Shown here piece after piece: positions 57,838 to 64,000 of a stretch of 64,000 bases of DNA. The DNA comes from a virus (Duplodnaviria; Heunggongvirae; Uroviricota; Caudoviricetes). The stretch lies in IMG/VR virus record IMGVR_UViG_3300026549_001501, positions 35,348-99,347 of that record; one strand, given 5' to 3'. Under the pieces are notes generated by a model, which was given only the letters and a program-made list of their open reading frames with translations, was not told where the DNA came from and did no database searches. Each line of letters opens with the position of its first letter. Positions within the stretch are counted from its first letter, which is position 1. The position numbers and the translations under genes are program-made.

Positions 57838-59018
57838 CATGAATGCATTAAAAGTAAAATTTCTAAAGCGTAAAATTGAGAGACGCGAATATTATCGTGA
57901 TCAAGCTATATCTTTTTTCGAACAATCTGCCGCATTATACGCTGATTACGAAATAGCAATACGCCTTGGCGACGTTTGTTTCAAGAATCTGTATAAAGAG
58001 AGCATAGTACTTCGTAAGAAGGCTGAATGGTACGTAAAAAAGGCGTTCCTGCGCGAGTTAGAGATACGCAGACTTACAGGAGAAGTTTCGGACAACCTTA
58101 GTATCTACGACAATGAAAAATAAAACGGTATATCTTTACGTCATTGAGCATTGGGAAAACGGAAACCCAAGTGGCGAAATTGCAAGCGCATTCGAAAATT
58201 ATGAAGACGCCAAGAAAGAGCTTATTAATGACCACTCAATACAGAAGAGTATAGAGCGTGAGGCTTGTACAACAGTGTATGACTATGACAGGGATATCAA
58301 TACATTGGAAGCCGCTCCGAACGCAGGCTTGTGGAGATTCAGTTGCCCCCTCATTATGATTGAAACCGTTACGAAGGCGAAGTATTTTCCTGAGGGTAGA
58401 ACCATTCGTGCAATTTTTGAAATTAAATTAGGATAAACATGAAAACGATTGGCAAAATTGACAATTTTCCGCTTTATTTAATCAGCGTATTCCTGTTGTT
58501 GATAGTCATTCTTCCCTGCGTAGCCTATTCAACGTCAGATAGGAGGGTATGGAACGGCGTTATCAAACATTCTGACGAATTTGTACTCGACCATGCAGGC
58601 GATAGCTACGCAAAATTTAAATTGTACGACAAAGATAGTACTTGCGTGTGTTCCGTTCTTTTAAGTATGGCCGATGAAAGGGCTTCCGTATGGAACGAGG
58701 GAACACTTATCGGCAGCAGTTTCAACAGGAGAAAAAGCAAGAAGGCGTTTAACCTCCTATATGAGAAGATTCCAGTAGAAAAACGCCCTGCATATCATTC
58801 AAAGGAAGAAGTAATAGAATATTTTAAGCATAAGGACAAATGAAAGTAAAGGAACTTATTGAAAAACTGCAGGAGTTCAATCAGGACGCCGAAGTACTTG
58901 GTATCTACGACTATGTAGGCTACCCGCTGTATTGGGTATCATTTGGCGGTGGTGACGGATGCACAAAGGAGAACTGCGATGACGTGCACCTTCTTCTATC
59001 AGAAGATAACAATACAGA

Positions 59019-59927
59019 ATGTACAGGGACAATCTAATGGGCAGCAGAAAGACAAATAAGAAATGCTCCGATTTTAAATTTTCAGAGGGCTTCATACAGG
59101 AAGCCCTAAATACGTTTTTCGCATATAATTCCGTCAAATATAACATTGACGGGCTTTACGTTTTTGGGTGGGAAAGCGATAAACTTCTTGAAACAAAATC
59201 AGGATATATCTATGAATTCGAGATAAAAATTTCGAAGGCAGACTTCAAGAATGACTTCAAACACAAGAAGGATAAACATATAATCCTTGAGGGAGAAGAA
59301 AAATACGGGGATAAATATCTCCCGAAATACTATGAGTTACTCGAAGATAATAAGAAACTTGGCGCGTGGGCTGAGCAGTCATTCCACAAATGGGCTGATA
59401 ATAGTGAAAGATATCTTGTAGGTGTACATAAGCGCCCCAATTACTTCTACTATGCCGTTCCTACCGACTTAATATCGGTAGAGGATGTTCCTGAATACGC
59501 CGGACTTATCTACGTTAACGAATATGGGGGGCTGACTATTAAGAAAAGCGCACCATGTCTGCATAAGGAGAAATATTCCGACGAATCTCTCAACTTCGGA
59601 GAGAAGTTCTACTACAACATGGACAGTTGGCGTAGGAAGTGCAAGAAAGCGTGGGAAGACAAGAAATTTTGGAGAGAGAAGCTTGAAGCCGAACTTGAAG
59701 CGAAAGGACAGGGGAGGGTTTACAAGGACTTGGAGAATGAACTTGAAGGTTACAGGAAGGCATATCACGAGTTGGAGGAACAGAGGAGGAAGTCAGACGA
59801 ACAACTGCACAGGGACTTGTATCACCAGAACAGGATGGTGCGGGCACTTGCGCACGAGATACAGAAATACAATCAAGAGTTCAATTTCTTTAAATTTGAA
59901 GACGAATTATTTGGACCTTCGAAATAA
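59019..59927 (+). CDS. hypothetical protein with C-terminal coiled coil, 302 aa
   Basis: ORF only. Confidence 0.5.
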   Translation: MYRDNLMGSRKTNKKCSDFKFSEGFIQEALNTFFAYNSVKYNIDGLYVFGWESDKLLETKSGYIYEFEIKISKADFKNDFKHKKDKHIILEGEEKYGDKYLPKYYELLEDNKKLGAWAEQSFHKWADNSERYLVGVHKRPNYFYYAVPTDLISVEDVPEYAGLIYVNEYGGLTIKKSAPCLHKEKYSDESLNFGEKFYYNMDSWRRKCKKAWEDKKFWREKLEAELEAKGQGRVYKDLENELEGYRKAYHELEEQRRKSDEQLHRDLYHQNRMVRALAHEIQKYNQEFNFFKFEDELFGPSK

Positions 59928-59945
59928 ATTTCCTATCTTTGCAGT

Positions 59946-60377
59946 ATGAAAAAGGCTTTATTTATCGTGGCTGCAATGTTCCTCATGACTTCTTGCTATA
60001 CTGAGGACAATCTTATTTCGCTCACAAACGAATGCCACAAGCTCGAGAACAGCAAGTATGAGTTGACACAGCAGATTAGCAACCTTCGTGCTGAGGTTAC
60101 AAGCCTAAGGCAAGAGCGCAATGTCCTTAAGAGCGGACGCGAGCCAAGGTATATCGTGAAGTTCACGATCAAACAGGGTACATTCACCTTGGATATCTTT
60201 GAGCATATCAAGAACGACATGAATGCTATTGAGGTTGAATTTCCTGTTACCAAGGATTTCTACAACAGAGTTAAAGTCGGACAGGATATGACAGACGCCT
60301 TCAAGTGGGGTTCCCTTGTGTTCAACGGGGACTTCTCTACGCTCCATATGCGAGTGACAGGCAAACGAGTCGAATAA
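59946..60377 (+). CDS. lipoprotein, 143 aa
   Basis: MKKALFIVAAMFLMTSCYTE. Preceded by a TATCTTTGCAG box. Confidence 0.5.
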   Translation: MKKALFIVAAMFLMTSCYTEDNLISLTNECHKLENSKYELTQQISNLRAEVTSLRQERNVLKSGREPRYIVKFTIKQGTFTLDIFEHIKNDMNAIEVEFPVTKDFYNRVKVGQDMTDAFKWGSLVFNGDFSTLHMRVTGKRVE

Positions 60378-60988
60378 AAATAGTATATTTAAAATTAGGT
60401 ATTATGAGTGAAGCAAAGAAAATATTAGTCGTCGTTGACGTACAGAACGATTTCATTACAGGCGCCCTCAGGAACGAGGAAGCCATTAAAAAGGTTCAGA
60501 ATATCGTCAAGAAGATTCGCAACTTTAAGGGTGATTGCATTTGTGTAACGCTTGATACCCATAGTACTGACTACCTTGATACTAAGGAAGGAAATAAACT
60601 TCCGGTTCCTCACTGTCAGTATGCAACTGAAGGTTGGGAACTTGAGCCGAATGTCAAGGCGGCGCTTGAAGACGCAAAACTCAGAAATATTCTTGTTTTC
60701 TCTTTTCAGAAGCCAACATTCGGAAGTCTGGAATTAATAGAACAGATGGTGTTCAGTTACGGAAAAGAGTACGGGCACTTAGAAGAATGTGATATTGAAA
60801 TCGTTGGCTTCTGCACGGACATTTGCGTCGTCAGTAATGCAATGCTTATCAAGACGGCGTTCTACGAACAGGCTGAGATTACGGTTGACGCCTCCTGCTG
60901 CGCCGGTGTTACCAAAGAAACACATAAGGCTGCGTTGGAGATTATGAAAATGTGCCAAATTAATGTAATAAACGAAGATGAAGAATAA
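60305..60988 (+). CDS. isochorismatase-family hydrolase, nicotinamidase (PncA)-like. The likely true start is near 60404 (MSEAKKILVVV)
   Basis: LVVVDVQNDF, the metal and catalytic region DTHSTDYLD, and GFCTDICV with the catalytic Cys. Confidence 0.65.
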   Translation: MGFPCVQRGLLYAPYASDRQTSRIKIVYLKLGIMSEAKKILVVVDVQNDFITGALRNEEAIKKVQNIVKKIRNFKGDCICVTLDTHSTDYLDTKEGNKLPVPHCQYATEGWELEPNVKAALEDAKLRNILVFSFQKPTFGSLELIEQMVFSYGKEYGHLEECDIEIVGFCTDICVVSNAMLIKTAFYEQAEITVDASCCAGVTKETHKAALEIMKMCQINVINEDEE

Positions 60989-61394
60989 TGAATTATATCG
61001 CTACTTAGTTGCCGTTCGTGCGATTATGAAAGAATACGGCAAAATGGAGGACGCGGATTTCATTGAGCACGTCGCCACCTGCTGCAAGGAGGCTGAAGGC
61101 TTAACAACAACCCTTGAAGAGGAGATTTACGAGCTTACCGAACTGAAAAGACAGATAGAATCTCTGATTTCAAAGAAGAAAAAAGAACTTTTTGAAAGGG
61201 ATAATCGCTTCGATATCGGCGAGCATATTCTTTTTGATCAATGTGGAAATGGAAAATTTAAAGAAGGAATCTATCTTGGAAACAGGATGGAATACGGAAA
61301 CGTTGTTCCGATTGTTGCAAAACTAAAGAAGGATGGAACGCAAAGTAAAAATCACTTCTATAACACATTCAAGACAGTAATTAAAAAGAAATAA
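60978..61394 (+). CDS. hypothetical protein, 138 aa
   Basis: ORF only. Confidence 0.45.
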   Translation: MKNNELYRYLVAVRAIMKEYGKMEDADFIEHVATCCKEAEGLTTTLEEEIYELTELKRQIESLISKKKKELFERDNRFDIGEHILFDQCGNGKFKEGIYLGNRMEYGNVVPIVAKLKKDGTQSKNHFYNTFKTVIKKK

Positions 61395-61397
61395 TAT

Positions 61398-61721
61398 ATG
61401 GAGACAATTGTAAATTATAATAACAGCGAAATTTCAAAGAGGCTTTATGTCCTTGTTAACAAGAGACTTAATCCTATCTACGGGTGCGTTCAGGCGGGGC
61501 ACGCCGTAGCGAAGTTCGTCATGGAGAATGGCGATCAAAAGTGGAATAATGAGTATCTAATTTATTTGTGGGCAGATACTTATTATTGGATGGCGAAATT
61601 CGATGAACTCGGAATTCCTTATACCGCTTTCAATGAGCCGGATCTTAATGGAACCGTAACCGCAATCGCCGTTCAGGAAGATACAGGGCTTCTGTTTCAG
61701 GGTCTTAAACTTGTTGAATAG
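61398..61721 (+). CDS. peptidyl-tRNA hydrolase PTH2-like protein
   Basis: At 107 aa, LYVLVNKRLNPIYGCVQAGHAVAKF aligns with the PTH2 GKxAAQCSHAA segment, and the downstream pattern is similar. Confidence 0.4.
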   Translation: METIVNYNNSEISKRLYVLVNKRLNPIYGCVQAGHAVAKFVMENGDQKWNNEYLIYLWADTYYWMAKFDELGIPYTAFNEPDLNGTVTAIAVQEDTGLLFQGLKLVE

Positions 61722-61723
61722 AT

Positions 61724-62026
61724 ATGATAGTACTATTACTTATTTTAATCATTTCCGTTATAATTGCTTCTTTGAAATTATTCGAGAGGCAAGAAGAAAT
61801 TAAAATCCATCTTATCAACACAGAAACCAGAAAGGTTTATTGCGTAAAGAACGATAAGGATGGAAAATATACGCGTGGAAAAGTCGGATACACAATTTCG
61901 AAAGTTGAATTCGGAAAGGTTCTCGTTAGCTTTGGGAAAGACGAGGCTTATTGGATACCCGTCGATGAAATAAGTATTATCGAAGAAAAAAATACGACAA
62001 ATAGCGCCGGAATGGGACAGTGGTGA
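61724..62026 (+). CDS. hypothetical protein, 100 aa
   Basis: ORF. Its 3' end overlaps the tRNA start by about 20 nt. Confidence 0.35.
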   Translation: MIVLLLILIISVIIASLKLFERQEEIKIHLINTETRKVYCVKNDKDGKYTRGKVGYTISKVEFGKVLVSFGKDEAYWIPVDEISIIEEKNTTNSAGMGQW

Positions 62027-62090
62027 CTCCATCGGTTTCGTAATCCGACTCACTTATGTGGCACGCAGGTTCGAATCCTGCTTCCGGCTC
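62007..62090 (+). tRNA. tRNA, class II-like architecture (long variable arm), anticodon uncertain (loop TTCGTAA gives CGT with a U-U closing pair)
   Basis: Acceptor GCCGGAA/TTCCGGC is 7/7 and the T-arm GCAGG-TTCGAAT-CCTGC is canonical. The anticodon stem has only 4 clean bp. Confidence 0.5.
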
Positions 62091-63014
62091 ATAAAATTTG
62101 CGTTTCAAAAAATTTATTATTATATTTGTGTAGTAATTTAAAATTTTAAAAATATGATTGTTATTAACATTCTTGGAATTGTTTTTTGCATTGCCATGCT
62201 CATCATTGCCTTCATCTTTGACCAGGTAGGAACCGGAATCCTTGGCGCGTTATTACTTTGTCTTAATACGGTTCTTCTCATTCATAATATTGAAAAGAGG
62301 AATGGACAAGAGAATGTTGATGTGACTATCGTCGAGACAAAAACGCCTCCGACTATTGATACTATTATCAGGCACGGTTCAGTTACCGATACAACTTATG
62401 TAATAACCGCAGTAGACGCAAAGGTACGATGAAAGAAATTATTATACGTCGTAACATTTACGACGAAACCAAGGAGCACAAGCTCGTTGAAACAGATACA
62501 AATGGCGAATGGCTTTTCGTCCCTGCAGAGGATTGGATGCCGGTATACCTAAATTATGATTCCCATAATCGTGGCGAGACTATTGTGTCGTTGGATAGCG
62601 ATGGGTTTGGTAGCCCATTGTATCTTGGAGATACCGTGAGGGATTTGTCTTGCGAGGATAAGCAGCCCGATAAGGTTGTGAAGAAAATTTACTTTAAATA
62701 TAATGTTGGATATATAGTTGTTCTTGAAGATGCTAATAAAAGATAAAATTTTCCTCGTGCTTTACGTTGACGTAAGCAGAATTCCAATTGAAGACACGTA
62801 TGAATATCTCTCAACTGTGACTGATGCATTCGAGAGGATAAAAGACGAATCGGTTCAAATGGTTATTCTCCCTGTACGGGAACAGGAGACAAGGCTTGAA
62901 TGTATCAACCCCGTACTATTGAATGAAGAACAGTACGCTCAGGTTCAGGAGAAGTTAAATGACTTACAGAAAGTATTTGACGAATTAATGGAACAGGTGA
63001 AGGAAAAGAATAAT

Positions 63015-63043
63015 GGGTAGCAAATTGCTACCCATTGTTTTTA
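63015..63043 (+). terminator. intrinsic terminator-like hairpin
   Basis: GGGTAGCAAATTGCTACCC followed by ATTGTTTTT. Confidence 0.45.
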
Positions 63044-63185
63044 TGATAAACTCGGGAGAAAACCAACGGCTTTAGCCGTCGGGATGAATCCCGTTTTTTG
63101 CAAATATAAACATTTTTTTTTGAAAAATACAACTTTTTTGCAAAGCAAAAAGTATTTATTGTTATAAGATAACAATAAAAGACAA

Positions 63186-64000
63186 TGATAACCTACAAGT
63201 ACAAACTCTACAAGAGCAAGCGTACCAAAGAGTTGGACGCCCTACTGCGCGAAGCGTGCTTCGTGTGGAATCATTGCCTTGCCCTTCAGAAACGTTATTA
63301 CTCCCTGTTTCATAAGTACGTCAGCGGGAACCGCATGAAGACGCGCTTTGCAAAGCGCTATAAGATGAACGGTATGCATTCGCAAAGCGTTCAGGAAGTG
63401 ATAGAACGCCTTGACTTGGCGTACAGGCGTTTCTTCGAACATACGGCGAAACGCCCGCCGAAGTTCAAAAGATTCGAGGACTTTTCTAGCATCGTCTACA
63501 AGCAGGGTGGCTTCGTGCTGAAGGGAAACACTTTTAAGATAAACAAAATAGGCAAGACGTTCAGGTTTTCGCTCAGCCGCCCCATCAGGGGCGAGGTGAA
63601 GCGCCTGTCCGTAAAGAAAAGCCATATTGGTGACTACTATATAACGGTAGTCACGGACGCAGAACCGAAACGCTACGGAAAGACACACAATGGTGCATCC
63701 GTCGGCATAGATTTCGGGCTCAAGACGTATATGACACTTTCGGACGGCAGTCACGTGGAAAACCCGGAGTTCCTCAAGCACAACCTCGCAACGCTTCGCA
63801 GGGCTTCGAGGAAACTGTCTCGGGCGCAGCATGGCTCGAACAACCGCAAGCGCCGCAAGGCGGAGCTCAACCGTTGTTACGAAAAGGTGTGCAACTCGCG
63901 CACGGATTGGCAGTGGAAGCTCGCGCACGAAGTGTGCTGTCTCTACGACAACATATTCATCGAGGACTTGAGTCTAGATGGAATGTGCCGTAGGTTGGGA
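63186..64000 (+). mobile_element. tnpB: IS200/IS605-family TnpB (OrfB) gene, 5' two-thirds. It runs off the window end
   Basis: The plus-strand translation from ATG 63186 (MITYKYKLYKSKRTKELDALLREACFVWNHCLALQ...YITVVTDAEPKRY...GIDFGLKTYMTLSDG...) matches the TnpB N-terminal and RuvC-I regions. The track's minus-strand ORF 63242..63928 is its antisense shadow. Confidence 0.65.

Noticed and set aside
63242-63928. 228-aa minus-strand ORF
   Set aside because: It is the antisense shadow of the plus-strand TnpB gene. The plus frame gives a recognisable TnpB sequence and this frame does not.
1-64000. Alternative genetic code (TAG or TGA recoding, as in some Bacteroidetes-infecting phages)
   Set aside because: Long uninterrupted standard-code ORFs exist for structural and late-type genes (tail fibre, amidase). 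There is no systematic in-frame TAG or TGA fragmentation, and no clear suppressor tRNA apart from one ambiguous anticodon.
1-64000. CRISPR array
   Set aside because: No regularly spaced direct repeats of 25–40 nt were seen. The repeated 23-nt promoter modules are irregularly spaced, at kilobase distances.

Overview
This 64-kb window looks like part of a large phage genome whose host is probably a Bacteroidetes bacterium. The evidence is about 40% GC, many TAnnTTTG-type -7 promoter boxes, and lipoprotein signal peptides. Gene content runs, in order:

- **1–5.2 kb, minus strand:** a putative counter-defence / NAD-nucleotide module. It holds a DUF2829 (Tad2-like) protein, an IMPDH/GMP-reductase-family protein, an ADP-ribosylglycohydrolase, a HAD nucleotidase and a metallophosphoesterase.
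- **5.5–19.9 kb, minus strand:** an RNA island with about 25 tRNA genes. Interleaved with them are three Zn-finger HNH / Vsr-like homing-endonuclease genes, a phage-encoded tmRNA, a repeated promoter module, a GC-rich 1.3-kb non-coding block and a duplicated ~120-nt tRNA-like RNA. At least six tRNA genes are interrupted. Two carry recognisable group I introns (tRNA-Ser(TGA), 184 nt; tRNA-Leu(TAA), 599 nt, at the classic U34/A35 site). Four carry a homologous family of compact 80–100-nt inserts in the anticodon loop whose splicing mechanism is unclear.
- **20–24 kb:** an AAA+ ATPase, a degenerate methyltransferase-like protein and a DUF4422 glycosyltransferase-like protein.
- **28–45 kb:** SSB, DnaJ, ClpP, an SPFH protein, RmlA and RmlD (a partial dTDP-rhamnose pathway), a RecD-like helicase, and several HAD and metallophosphoesterase phosphatases.
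- **43–52 kb:** a lysis-like cluster (amidase, papain-like peptidase, small membrane proteins), an MTA/SAH nucleosidase and a tail-fibre-like gene.
- **53–56 kb and 62 kb, plus strand:** a second tRNA cluster.
- **60–64 kb:** a nicotinamidase, a PTH2-like protein and a partial IS605-family TnpB at the window edge.

All calls come from reading the sequence and the ORF translations by eye. No searches or structure-prediction programs were run.
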